Shown piece after piece: positions 1-12,600 of a stretch of 64,000 nucleotides of DNA (positions are counted from its first letter, which is position 1; every line of letters starts with the position of its first letter). The notes under the pieces were generated by a model. It searched no databases, was not told where the DNA came from, and saw only the letters and a program-made list of their open reading frames with translations. The position numbers and the translations under genes are program-made. This DNA is from Octopus bimaculoides (taxonomy: Eukaryota), in assembly GCF_001194135.2 (NCBI RefSeq), contig NC_069000.1:18447464-18511463 (forward strand). Direction: 5' to 3'.

Positions 1-314
1 TTCACGCCTAAAAATTAATAAATAAAAATACAATACAGTGCTGCATTGTATAACACATTAATTAAAATATATTAAAAGAAAATACGTAGTGTACCATAGA
101 TGAGTTAACAAAGAATCGTACATACTGTATGGAAAACGAAACTCGGAATGGGAGTGTGTGGTGTTGTTTTGCATTTATAATAAAATAAATATATACAAAT
201 TACAAAAATAATTTTTAAAAATATACAGTACAGTACTGTTTCTACTTCGCGAATTTTCACCAATTGCAGAGCGTTTTGGAAAATAATACCCGCGATAGTC
301 GAGGGATTACTCTG
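1..314. mobile_element. End of a pogo/Tigger-like DNA transposon
   Basis: CCCGCGATAGTCGAGGGATTACT(C)TG at 289-314 resembles a Tigger-type TIR. The other end is not in the window. Confidence 0.45.
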
Positions 315-317
315 TGT

Positions 318-366
<49 letters not shown>

Positions 367-601
367 CCCGCGCGCACGCACACATACTTACCTCCCTCTT
401 GCACTCTCCTGTCTTAGAAAGAACTTTTCCTCCATCCCTTCCCCTTCCAGTCCTTCCACAATATAACCTCGTGGACATCGGTGGCGATTTTTTTTTTCCT
501 CCGTTTTTCCCTTCTTTGGACTTTCCTTGTTTCCGACGAAGAGCTCCGCTCGAAACGTCATATTCTCTCTCTTTCCTTTCCCGAGCGTCTANNNNNNNNN
601 N

Positions 602-639
<38 letters not shown>

Positions 640-1779
640 CTAATAAAACCCTTCCACAGATATCGGCTATCACAAAATTGAAAAGTGGAGATGCTTTTTC
701 ACTGTGCCACTCGAATCATCTGAAGATCCACAAATACCCATGACAAATATCAAAGAACGGAGTTAGCAAAGTTATTAAAATGATCTGCTAACTCCGCCAG
801 TGACACGTAGAAGGGCACCCGTGCCAGTGACTCTGTAAAGTGATTGGCGTTAGGAAGGGCAGCCAGCCGTAGAAACCAAGCCAAAACAGATGACTTCAGC
901 CTGGTGCAGCTCCCCGGCTTACTAGCTCCAGTCAAGCCGTCTAACTCATACCAGCATAGAAAACAGACATTAAATGATGATGATTTTATATAAATACATA
1001 TATATGTAGTCGAGGAAAAATGTCATGGAATAAAAAGTCAGATTAAAAGGCCATACTAAGCTTCCATAAATTCCTGATTTAATTGCTTGTTTGTGGTTCT
1101 TGTTTCTTTGATAATTGATATTTTCCCGATTAAGTGTAATGGCATTAAATCAATCGTGTTGTCATTTTGAACAAGCCGTGTATATTTATCGCTAGTTAAC
1201 AAGAAACTTGCTTTTCTTTTCGCTAATATTTATGATATTTAAATAATGAAATTTGACAGTTTTATTATATTTCCATTCACCTTGTGTGTGTTAAGGCACG
1301 CACGCATATACTACTAGTTAGTTTGATAAGTAGCCAACGCACGACACTTACAGCCCTTGGGTCACTCTATCGCTATTACTAAATATTAATAAAAATATAT
1401 ATTCATATTTTGAGTTCTATTTTTCCTGTTTGCATCACCTATATATATATGTATATACATACATAAACATATGCGTGCGCGCACACAAACGTTACATAAA
1501 CACATGCAGTGTCCCCATAAGAAAGGAAATATTCAAACTTTTCAATTTACAAGCCACGTGGTAGTATTATATATGTAGTGAACGTCCGTCTATATAAGCT
1601 CATGCCTATGTGAATATTTCGTCAACAAATAAAAGCAAACCAAGATCTGTTTACTTAAAAATATTAGTGACTTAGAAAGAAGGGGGGAGGGGGTATTGTT
1701 TTTGTTTCTCTGCATATTTTTGGCAACAGTGAACTCGTTTCTTTAAATCAATGTCAATGAAATGGTTGGTGGGGGGTGA

Positions 1780-2000
1780 ATTGGAGCAATGGTTGCTTAG
1801 CCCCAGGTCAGCTCTGATACTGCAGACATACGTTTAAAGCCGTTTCCAACCGTGACCATCACCTGTCAGACACAATGTACCTAGGACTACGTTATCCACT
1901 GTATTCCTTTTTTTGCTTTTCAAAGGAAGCAGAATATGATTTGAAGATGGGTTTGGCTGCTATTTCTAAATGATGTAGTGAACCTACACGCTCCTTTCAG
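1780..2000 (+). repeat. Old, very abundant ~200-bp interspersed repeat (core GATTTGGCTGCTATTTCTAGCAGGTCGAG)
   Basis: Degenerate copies at ~2370-2550, 9150-9260, 10830-10980, 12070-12150, 23220-23460, 24890-25060, 33660-33900, 34800-35020, 48770-48910, 49230-49410, 51300-51490 and 53370-53540. Confidence 0.65.
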
Positions 2001-2083
2001 ACTCCCTTGTTGGACCGATCGGTAGTGATTATGATGAGTGGTGATAATGAGAGAGACGGTAACGACGTGGTTGTTGTTTAGCT

Positions 2084-2360
2084 CAGGGGTTTTCAAACTT
2101 TTTGACTTGCGGACCCCTTTATATTTCAGGCTTTACCTTAGGGACCCCTTATAAACGCTTATGAAATTTATACATAAATATTTGCTTAAAATAACATATA
2201 TTTTTACATTTATTTATTTAACAGTATTTAACAAAATAGGTTTATTGTCAATTAAAAGATTTCGATTAAAAAACATATATAAAATCAAATTGCCCATAAA
2301 AAGTATTTGCTGTCCACGGACCCCGTCTTGTCCTTGCGGACCACAGTTTGAAAACCCCTG
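2084..2360. mobile_element. hAT (Charlie-like) MITE, 277 bp
   Basis: 16-bp TIRs CAGGGGTTTTCAAACT / AGTTTGAAAACCCCTG; perfect 8-bp TSD GTTTAGCT (2076-2083, 2361-2368). Confidence 0.92.
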
Positions 2361-2709
2361 GTTTAGCTCCAGGTCAGCTTTGATTGAGTAAGCCTATGAT
2401 CAAAGTCATTCCATATTTGATCGTCCTGTTTCTTTGGGACTATCTTAGACAACTTAATGCTATGTCTTCCCTTTTAATAGACAGTAAGGTGAGTTTTAAA
2501 GGAGATTTGGCTACTCTTCTTAGCAAATCGACAAATCACGTACAGGATCTAAAAAGTAGTGGTACTATTAGCAAACGGTGGGGTATAACAGTTTACATGA
2601 ACACGCAACCATTGTGACGAAGCTGGGGGTTGGAAGTAGGGGTGACGGTGGTCGTGGAGGTACCGTTGTTGTTATTTCTTGTTATTGAAGTTGCGCCACG
2701 TGATGTAGG

Positions 2710-2743
<34 letters not shown>

Positions 2744-3399
2744 NNNNNNNNNNNNNNNNNNNNNNNNNNNNNNNNNNNNNNNNNNNNNNNNNNNNNNNNN
2801 NNNNNNNNNNNNNNNNNNNNNNNNNNNNNNNNNNNNNNNNNNNNNNNNNNNNNNNNNNNNNNNNNNNNNNNNNNNNNNNNNNNNNNNNNNNNNNNNNNNN
2901 NNNNNNNNNNNNNNNNNNNNNNNNNNNNNNNNNNNNNNNNNNNNNNNNNNNNNNNNNNNNNNNNNNNNNNNNNNNNNNNNNNNNNNNNNNNNNNNNNNNN
3001 NNNNNNNNNNNNNNNNNNNNNNNNNNNNNNNNNNNNNNNNNNNNNNNNNNNNNNNNNNNNNNNNNNNNNNNNNNNNNNNNNNNNNNNNNNNNNNNNNNNN
3101 NNNNNNNNNNNNNNNNNNNNNNNNNNNNNNNNNNNNNNNNNNNNNNNNNNNNNNNNNNNNNNNNNNNNNNNNNNNNNNNNNNNNNNNNNNNNNNNNNNNN
3201 NNNNNNNNNNNNNNNNNNNNNNNNNNNNNNNNNNNNNNNNNNNNNNNNNNNNNNNNNNNNNNNNNNNNNNNNNNNNNNNNNNNNNNNNNNNNNNNNNNNN
3301 NNNNNNNNNNNNNNNNNNNNNNNNNNNNNNNNNNNNNNNNNNNNNNNNNNNNNNNNNNNNNNNNNNNNNNNNNNNNNNNNNNNNNNNNNNNNNNNNNNN
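2744..3399. other. Assembly gap (N run); others at 592-601, 32458-32846, 36058-36428, 42209-42442, 62196-62780
   Basis: Runs of n, mostly bordered by microsatellites. Confidence 1.
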
Positions 3400-3987
3400 T
3401 ATATATGTATGTATGTTTGTGTGTCTGTGTTTGTCCCCCCACCATCACTTGACAGCCGATGCTGGTGTGTTTACGTCCCCGTAATTTAGCGGTTCGGCAA
3501 AAGAGACCGATAGAATAAGTACTAGGCTTCCAAAGAATAAGTCCTGGGGTTGATTTGCTCGACTAAAGGCGGTGCTCCAGCATGGCCGCAGTCAAATGAC
3601 TGAAACAAGTAAAAAAAAAAAAAGAGTATATATATATATATATATATTACACATACACGTATATTCTATGGATAGGAAGTTATGATGACACACTGACACT
3701 CAACTCTGGCTGCACAGTTCCTTATAGCAGAAACAGTTGTAAGCTAATGAAGGTAATGACGTAACTCTAGTTCTTATATCATTCATACAGACAACCACAC
3801 ATATACACACACTAGCACCTCATGGTGACCCTACAAAGGGCCCAGCAATTCAAGTTGACAGCAGCATGGTAGCTAAATCAATTAACGACATGAAGACAGG
3901 GAAAGCTAAAGTATCATCAGAGATGTTTGAAATAGCTGCTGAGGTGGTACACATGATTATCACTAAAATAGTTAAATAATTTATACA

Positions 3988-4380
3988 GGCGCAGGAGTGG
4001 CTGTGTGGTAAGTAGCTTGCTTACCAACCACATGGTTCTGGGCTCATTCCCACTGTGTGGCACCTTGGGCAAGTGTCTTCTACTATAGCCTCGGGCCGAC
4101 CAAAGCCTTGTGAGTGGATTTGGTAGACGGAAACTGAAAGAAGCCCGTCGTATATATGTATATGTATATGTGTGTATGTTTGTGTGTCTGTGTTTGTCCC
4201 CCCAACATCGCTTGACAACCGATGCTGGTGTGTTTATATCCCCGTAACTTAGCGGTTCGGCAAAACAGACCGATAGAATAAGTACTAGGCTTCTAAAGAA
4301 TAAGTCCTGGGGTCGATTTGCTCGACTAAAGGCGGTGCTCCATCTTGGCCACAGTCAAATGACTGAAACAAGTAAAAGAG
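3988..4380 (+). mobile_element. Abundant tRNA-headed SINE family with internal microsatellite (representative full copy)
   Basis: Head GGCGCAGGAGTGGCTGTGTGGTAAGTAGCTTGC and tail ...GTCAAATGACTGAAACAAGTAAAAGAG. Other copies at ~3400-3610, 11200-11560, 17955-18260, 25430-25810, 28890-29340, 33250-33410, 35040-35200, 41900-42208 and 63690-63910. Confidence 0.85.
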
Positions 4381-5711
4381 GAAGATGTCACACCCAATGA
4401 TTTGCGTAATAGTATTCGTCGTAAATTGCAAAAGGGTAAAGGAGATACTTTGGAGAGAAGAAACAGAAGGAGACTCAAACTACTGAATCAGATTATGAAG
4501 GTGATGCAGAGAGTCACAGCACACAAGTGATCTGTAACAAAGTAGACCTAGCAGAGATGCAGTTTGACTCTGGGCCCAGAAGAGGTACCACAGATGCAAT
4601 ATTACTAGTGAGAGAACTACAAGAGAGACTTAGAAAAGGTATTTCACAGGGTACCACATTCAGCAATCTGGTGGTCACAAAGTAAACTACATGTAGAATA
4701 GTGGCTTGTGAAAACTGTACAAACTATATACAAACATGCAACTGTTAGCATATAACAAATCCTCATTCAGATCTCATCCCAATGCTGGATATCCAAGAAC
4801 GAAATGAAGGGCAGATTTTTAATCCCATACTCACCCTGGTTCCAAAAAGGTATAATATATCTATGTAGAGCAAATGTAGACTGAGACACAGGGGTCCTGG
4901 ATGGACTGACAGAATTTCACGTTTATTATTACAGACGGTCCTACAGAGGAGTTCAAGACTGGTTGTCCATAGGAACCCCTGTATGCTGATGATCTAGTTC
5001 TCATAATTGAATCTATTTGGGAATTACAGAGGAAAGTACAGGCACAGAAGTTAAACCTAGAATTGAGAGGCCTCAGGGTATACTTAGCAAAAAGTGAATA
5101 AGAAAGAAGTCATGACATTGGTATCTTCAAGGAAATGGCCTTCCTCAATATGCATAAAAGGGGGTAGGTGTAAACACCATATGCTATACTCAATGTAAGC
5201 TATGGACATACAAGAGGTGTAGTGGAATCACAGGCAAACAAAGAGAAAATAAGTTTCATATATGACTGATGCACTAAGAGCAGTATGTGTTATGAGCACA
5301 GCAAAAAACAGATTCTCTTATATACCCAGTTGGCTCACTAGAAGTAGCTTTTGTTACCTAGATGTAATTAGCAGGAGAGGTACTTAACTAAAAGTATAGT
5401 AACCAGGGTAAGAACCAGTTGGGAAAAATTCAGGAAGCCTCTACTGGTGCTGGCAACAAGTATTTTCCTTTAAAGTGAAAAGTAGATTGTATGATGAATG
5501 AATTAGAACTGTGATGCTGCATGGTAGTGAGATATGGGTCTTAAATACACAAAACATGAAAAGAGCTGCAGAGAAATGAAGCTAGCATGCTCCGTTGGAT
5601 GTGAAGTGTAATTGTGCCTGAACAACAAAGTGCAAATTTGTTGAGAGCAAAACTGGGCATGAGACATGAGAGGAATCCAATGATGTGTGCAAGAAAGAAG
5701 ACTACACAGGT

Positions 5712-6100
5712 TGTTGTTGTTGGCACTCCGTCGCTTACGACGTCGAGGGTTCCAGTTGATCCGATCAACGGAACAGCCTGCTCATGAAATTAACGTGCAA
5801 GTGGCTGAGCACTCCACAGACACGTGTACCCTTAACGTAGTTCTCGGGGATATTCAGCGTGACACAGTGTGACAAGGCTGACCCTTTTGCATTACAGGCA
5901 CAACAGAAACAGGAAGAAAGAGTGAGAGAAAGTTGTGGTGAAAGAGTACAGCAGGGTTCGCCACCATCCCCTGCCGGAGCCTCGTGGAGCTTTAGGTTTT
6001 TACGCTCAATAAACACTCACAACGCCCGGTCTGGGAATCGAAACCACGATTCTATGATCGCGAGTCCGCTGCCCTAACCACTGGGCCATTGCGCCTCCAC
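5712..6100 (-). mobile_element. Young CpG-rich tRNA-derived SINE with (CAA)n tail, nested in the LINE
   Basis: Minus strand begins GTGGAGGCGCAATGGCCCAGTGGTTAGGGCAGCGG...GGTTTCGATTCCC (A/B boxes). ACAGGT is repeated on both flanks. Confidence 0.85.
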
Positions 6101-6859
6101 AGGTATGGACAAGTGATATATATGGATGAGGACAGTTTCACTAAAAAGTGCGTATTACTTAATGTGGATGGGACCTACAGAAGTGGAGGAACCCAGGAAG
6201 GTATAGGACAAAGTGGTAAACCTCATGCAGAAGACAAAGGACTGATATAACTGGCAATATGCAGTTCTCAAGAAGACACACTCATCTCAACAAAACAGAT
6301 TCTGTAAGCACAATGTGTGTGTGTGTGTGTATGAGTGCATATGCACAACTGCTTCTCACACACAAAAATCATACCCTGACTGCCCAATTCACTAAAGACA
6401 TTACCACTACCCACCATCTCTCTAACAGCACAATTCTGTTATTGTATTTAAATGTGACTAGAACTGCACACTTCATCAGCTTTTTCCTGATACCCCCTTA
6501 TCTTTCTTAATATAGAAAACCAGTTTCCATCTACCAAATTCACTTGCAAGGCATTGGTTGAACAGAGACTAGAGTAGAAAATACTTGCCCAAGGTGCTAC
6601 ACAGTATTTAATTCAAGAGTTTCAAAGAACTTGGTATTTCTATGGCTTACTTGCTCCTCCTCAGGATATAGTTGCCACTGGCTCAAGTAAAACTCATTAA
6701 CCTTTCACAGGCTTTTTTTTTCTGAGTGGTGGGAGTAGTTCAATCTTGCCAAATGCTAACAGATCCTCCTCAGTAGGGAAAGACTAGTCGGGGCTTAGTT
6801 AAGTTTGCTAACTACTCGACCATGAGCACGTAGCTAGCACTGAATTACCTGGTTACCAG

Positions 6860-8030
6860 TAGTAAGGTTCTAAGACAGTTGCAGTATTGCAAAACATGAG
6901 AACATGCTAAAGAATACAGAATCCATCAAAAGTAATTATACCATACATTTGTGGACTTCCAAACAACTTTTGACAAGTTAAGAAGAGAAGCGTTGAGGTG
7001 TATCATAAATAAATACAATATCCCAATGCATCTAATCAGAAAACTGTAAAAGCTATATGAGGAAAGTATTTGTGCAGTTCTAAACAACATAAAGGTTAAA
7101 CAAGCAAGTGTGTAAGACAGAGCTGCCCCAAAGGGCTTAAAAATCTTTTCAATTTACCTAAATAAATTACAATAGATACACTATATAGGAGGGCACAGTA
7201 AAGACTGACGGTAGAATGATGACAATGTAAGATTTGCTGTGATATTGCTGATTTATAATAGCAGATTCTAAAGACAAATTATCTGATGTCGCAAAGAGGC
7301 TAGGATAAGACAAGGAAATCAATTGTGAAAAAAACCAGGTCATTGTGACAGGAGAACAACACAGAACAATGGTACCAGCATGGATGCAGTTAAAATCAAT
7401 GACATTCAGTCAGAATCAGTGGATGCATTCATGCAAAATCAAGATAAAGACACAAACTGCAATAGCAACAACAGAATTAGCAAAGGAAATGAGCAATATT
7501 TGAGCAGTAAGAACATTGCAATGAGTGACAAACTAAGACTAATGCAATCTATGATGACTGCATTTGTATTGTATGGATGTGAGATATGGACGTACATAAA
7601 AACATTGAGATGGAATTATCAGCATTCAAAACGAGATGTTTTTACAGAATTCTTGGCATTACATGGTAGGGTTGCTGGTACAACCAGTCAAACTTGGAAC
7701 AATTTGATGTGATGGTTAGGGAGAGAAAACTAATAGAAACTGCAAAACGGAAAACACTGTAGTGGTTCTCTCACATCAGTAGGATGACAGGATCGTCTGC
7801 AGAAATAAGCATGTTTGGTAAAAATGGAAGGTAAACAGTGAAGGCAACCAAGAAGAGGCTTGTTCGATGATTTTGAGATATGAATTATGATGAAATCCTC
7901 AGAGATATGAAGAAAGGAGTGGAAAACATTGCTACAAAATTCAAGTTTTTCAATAGTAAAAGTGCTTTGGGAACAACCTGTGTGTAATAAAGACTCTAAC
8001 AAAAATTGTACGCTTATCAAACAACTATTG
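6860..8030 (+). mobile_element. Second decayed LINE fragment (RT 3' half)
   Basis: Remnants such as FVDFQTTFDK and LYGCEIWTY in broken frames. Confidence 0.65.
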
Positions 8031-8261
8031 GAAAGAACAGAGAAACTAATTTAATTAAAATCAGTAGACAATAATTAAATGCTTTGCGGTATTTAGTTTC
8101 TTCTTTTTTTTTACGTTCTAAGTTAACTTGGGTCAACTTTGCCTAAGTACGTTTCCGGGTTCAATAAATTATGGGCAACATTAAAATGTGTGATTTTGTA
8201 TCCAAATAATAAAGTGGAAAATATCACTACCATTACAAAAATCAAAATACAAGGTCAAGGT

Positions 8262-8661
8262 AATCTTTACTTAAAGCGGCGTCAATTAACAGGAAACTAA
8301 CAACATCGGAGAATGTACAAAATTTATTAGGCTTTTGTACAAATTTACTTATTATTGATTAAATGAAACGGACAACAAATCGCATCTTTTCGAAATTCAT
8401 CTTGACTAAGTCACTACAATATAGTGCAAATGTATTTATTTAAATTTTATAACTCCATTCATAATTTTCTCTTACAAATAAATAACAGAATTTTTGTTTA
8501 CTTTTCAGTAATGCTAGCTTCACAAATTAAATAATAAATAATAAACAACCGATTTTAAGAGTTTACGTATTCGTTTCAGTCATCTAGAGTAGCGAAATTT
8601 TTTTTATACATTCTTCATCATTACTGGGCTTCTTTAATTGACGCCGCTTTAATTAAAGATT
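8262..8661. mobile_element. MITE-like element bounded by ~28-bp inverted repeats containing TTAA
   Basis: AATCTTTACTTAAAGCGGCGTCAATTAA (8262-8289) is inverted at 8634-8661 with one mismatch. Superfamily not determined. Confidence 0.65.
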
Positions 8662-9895
8662 TCTTGTTGAAGAAAGTAACCTTTTAAATCGACTGAGTAT
8701 CTTACTGGTATCTATTTTACAGAGACATCAGGAAAGAAATAAAGTATACAAAATAGACTATCTAAAGAGCAGCTTCCGCATCCTTGGGATGGATGTGAGG
8801 ACTTTTCACAAATCCCGTAAGGTTGCTGCGAACACTCTTCCAAAATGTATTGCTGTTCCCATGCTTTATCTAAAAATCTTTTGTCAAACACCTGCCACTT
8901 TCATCTACATAAGGATAGACGAGTCAACGGGGAGCCTGTATCACCGCTCGACCTTCTAGAAACAGCATCCCTTAATCACATCTTACTCTCTGGAAAAAGA
9001 AAAGAAAATGAAGGGCATGTAATTAGAGATACACTTTAAGAATATAAGAGACGGGATGGCTAAGGAGGGGAAATCTTTTTATCAGAGATGTGACCTGGAG
9101 TCTGATATACAACGACATCTTAAGGGTACCTTGGAGCCAATGAGGGAACCTTTTAGCGGTCATTCCACCTGCTAGAAATACCTGCTAAATATACACCAAA
9201 TCAAATTCTACTGTTTTAAAAAAAGGAAAAGAAACGTAATATAGTCTTAGAGATCCTAAAAAGGCAAGAAGGCCACGGCTGGAATTCCCTTAATCAGGGA
9301 TCATCTACGACTAAGACAATAACATTAGGGTATCCTTATAGTTTTTTAAGTGAACATAAATTTCTATTTTCGTTTTTGCGGTGGTTCACAGGCGAACTCA
9401 GGGAGTAGAACAAAACCTTAACTGTTATTGATAACTATTAATAAACAAAACAAAAAGATAAAACATGGAAACACTGAAGAAAAATAAACTGCAAATTATA
9501 TTTGTATTTATATCGAGACTTATAAAATGTGTACAGAGTTCCTTGTGCAAGGAAATACCTGCTGAAATAGTGTTTATTTGAATTTAAATTATTCGAAAAA
9601 TTAAACGGGAACCTGTCGTTAACAGTCGGAAATAATTCAAACGGAGGACAATTTGAAATGGATCACCGTTATTCGCAAGAATCGAAACAAGTTTTATTTG
9701 TTGTTTTTCCTAATTTTTCGGTTATTTTTTAAAATTTAAATTCATAGTTTTTCTTTAACGTATATTTGTTTTATTTCATCTGTTTATGTCACAGAAACAA
9801 ACAAGTTATGACCTATTTCTATGAATGAGTGTGTATACGTGTGTGTGTGTCTGTGTGTATATATAAATATATATGTGTGTGTATACATATACATA

Positions 9896-9926
<31 letters not shown>

Positions 9927-10076
9927 CTTACTCATACACTACAAACATAGACAGCCTCGCACATTTTCATATAGATCGACACACAAAATCATTAAACATA
10001 ATGCATCAGTGTACGCACTCATAAACACACACATATGTGTATATGCGTGTTACATATATATAAATTGTTAACTCAC

Positions 10077-10196
10077 CACTTTCAAATCAAGTACTCCATC
10101 TTTGGCTTCCTGTAATAAAGATACGAATTTGGTGGTGAGAAGTCCAAGACTCTTCTCGTGTCGACTGGGTGTGGTGTGATCGGTTGCAGCCATCAT
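10077..10196 (-). CDS. E2F4/5: E2F4/5-like copy B (tandem paralog), exon 1 ([40 protein letters not shown]); later exons not found in window
   Basis: Same 120-nt length, ATG-ATG start and phase-0 donor (GTGAGT at 10076) as copy A exon 1. Residues 11-39 match vertebrate E2F4/5 as I recall them. Confidence 0.93.
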
Positions 10197-10202
10197 TCAG
10201 CA

Positions 10203-10248
10203 AAAGCACCAACCGTTTGGTTGGACGAATAAAACAGCACACTGGGTA
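10203..10248 (-). promoter_or_regulatory. 5'UTR/proximal-promoter block conserved between the two E2F copies (copy B instance)
   Basis: Plus strand AAAGCACCA (10203-10211), 22 nt spacer, ACAGCACACTGGGTA (10234-10248). The same blocks and spacing occur at 50015-50060. Confidence 0.55.
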
Positions 10249-10491
10249 CAGCAACAACCAACACCACCACTACCTCCGCCACCATCGTAACACCACTATA
10301 TTCTCCTCCTCCTCCTCTCTGGCTGCTGTTGTTCCTTCTCCTTCTTATCTTCCTCCCTCCTCTTTCTGCTTCTTTCGCTTATGCTGATTGTTACTGCTGC
10401 TATTGCTGGATACTTACTCCAGCACACCTTGCGGTGTTTATACACCTTGTAGAACTGACACACAAACACATACGAGATGTGTAGCATACTG

Positions 10492-10750
10492 GGGTACTAC
10501 TAAAGCAGCACGGTCCCGAACGCGCAGTCGCGCAGTCGCGCGTCCGCGCTAGCTAGTCTTGAGTGGTCGATCCTAACCCTAACCCTATCCCTATCCGTAA
10601 CCCTAACCCTGTCCCTAACCCTAACCCTATCCCTAACCCGCGTGTGCAAATGAATACGTGTTTAGGGTTAGGGTTAGGATCGACCACTCACGACTAGCTA
10701 GCGCGGACGCGCGACTGCGCGTTCGGGACCGTGCTGCTTTAGTAGTACCC
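10492..10750. mobile_element. 259-bp foldback/MITE-like element with ~90-bp GC-rich inverted arms and internal telomeric (CCCTAA)n...(TTAGGG)n repeats
   Basis: Ends GGGTACTACTAAAGCAGCACGGTCCCGAAC... and ...GTTCGGGACCGTGCTGCTTTAGTAGTACCC. Direct repeat ATACTG on both flanks (10486-10491, 10751-10756). Confidence 0.9.
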
Positions 10751-12382
10751 ATACTGAATGCAGATAGAAATATAATGATATATATATTTATATGTACGCA
10801 CAGATATAAAGTAATAGTCATAATGAGAGTTAACCCTGGTTGATCAGACTTGTGGTTAAAAGCAATCCAACCGTGACTATCTCGTCTGTTTGTATATCAG
10901 TAACGAACGAATCGTTCTGTAATTAAGACAGTATAGCGTGATTTGAGAGAGATTTAGTTGCTATTACTAGCGTCGGTGAAATATACATCCACTGTGAAAT
11001 ACACATCGATATATGAACTCACACGTGTTCACACACACACATACACGCGCGCGCGCACTAACTATATCAAGTTCGGGTAGATGCTGGTGTACTGAATGAC
11101 ATACACAATAATTTATGATGAATCGAAATTTTGACTCTTAGAGAAAGAAAACAAAAGCCTAATGGCGATCGCAAATGACTCTGAAGTAAATTAGAAACAA
11201 ATGTTATTATTTTACTTGTTTCAGTAATTGGACTATGACCATGCTGGGGCACCGCCTTATAGGGTTTAGTCGAACAATTCGATGCCAGTACTTGTTTTTT
11301 AAGTCTAGCGCTTATTCTGTCAGTCCCTCTGCCGAACCGCTATGTTAAGGGACGTAAGCAATCCAACACCGGTTGTCCAAGAAGTGGTAGGAGATAAACA
11401 CAGACACACACATAGATGTATACATACACGCACATACACTCACGCATACACATATACACACACGACGGGCTACTTTCTGTTTCCATCTAACAAAACCACT
11501 AAGGTTTTAGTCAGCCCATGGCTAAAGCAGAAGACATTTACCTAAGGTGCTGTACGTGTGTACTGCATTAAATATATCATCACCAACTTGAATTATTTAA
11601 ATTTATGCCATTGGCCCTCTTGAGTTATTTCCCTTAGCTCACTTTTTTTTTGTTATTAAACAATATATACTGGCCAAAAATCTACATAGCCGTTTTACTC
11701 TCTCACTGATGAATCTAATAAGACCAAAACAATATCCAAATCTCTCATCTTGCTTGCTAATAAGTTTTAGGTTTTCCTCCTAAGAATAAACATTCAATTT
11801 ACAGTGAAATTAATCTATAGTTTCTAGAAATAATTTTTCCCTTTCTGTGTCACTAACAATTTCTGCAATGCCTTTTGTTTTTGTTTTTTGTTTTTTTTTC
11901 AAACTAAGATATAAATTTCAATTCATTAAAACTGTTTTTGCATGTAATCACCTATATGAATTACCTAAATTCATTCCAATGGACCATTTTAGTTATTTCC
12001 CTTAGCATACTATTTATAATAATCTACTATTACTATACATAGATAGAATGAGACACTCACTGTCCAATGACACCTTTATCTAAGATAGCAGAGTGTAATT
12101 TGAGGGAATTTGGTTGCTGTCACAAGCAGGACAAATGACTCTGAGTAGAGTAGTGACAGTCGTATAGGTTACATGTGCACACACAAACACATGTAGTACG
12201 ACACTGGTATATGAACAGAGACTAACATTTACACAAGCAAATGAAGGTACTGCCATTGCATTCTATCATTTTGTTAAAAAAAAAACACTGCCATGGCTCC
12301 CATACTATCTCTTAACAAGGAAGGGCACACTAGTTTTCTCTGCCTTTGAAAAGTAGGAGGGTCTCAGCCAAAATAACTTTAA

Positions 12383-12600
12383 CCCTTTAGCAAGCAAACC
12401 AGCTATATCCAGTTCAAATATTCTACTTGGTTTTTGCTCAATCTGACTATCCAGCTTTCCACACTAACACTACAATATATTTATGAAACTTCACATCCCT
12501 TCATTGAAATCTCAAAAGCTATGAGATAATGCATGCTTAGTTCAAAACCATGTGAATAAATTAGCATTACATTTGATAAAGTAATATGAATACTAAGAGG
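12383..12600. mobile_element. piggyBac-like MITE (TTAA-CCCTTTAGC...), one of ~5 copies
   Basis: TTAA on both flanks, CCCTTTAG / CTAAGAGG termini. Related copies at ~31593-31901, ~34028-34243, ~38418-38602 and a partial at ~39290-39385. Confidence 0.7.

Larger units (their letters stand above)
3830..6290 (+). mobile_element. Decayed RTE-type LINE (RT-region fragments) interrupted by two SINEs (~3988-4380 and 5712-6100)
   Basis: Broken-frame RT remnants (e.g. ...LYADDLVL at ~4980, MLHGSEIW at ~5515). The sequence resumes after the 5712-6100 insert. Confidence 0.7.

Noticed and set aside
2630-3484. Longest ORFs in the track (also 32295-32898, 35933-36537, 62079-62806)
   Set aside because: They are open only because they run through N gaps.
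1-10076. Exon 2 of copy B
   Set aside because: No [12 protein letters not shown]-coding segment was found by eye. It is probably left of the window (copy A intron 1 is 16.3 kb) or in the 2744-3399 gap.
10571-10680. True telomere or telomere-fusion scar
   Set aside because: The repeats are short, wrongly oriented for a fusion, and enclosed in TIRs with a TSD, so they belong to a mobile element.
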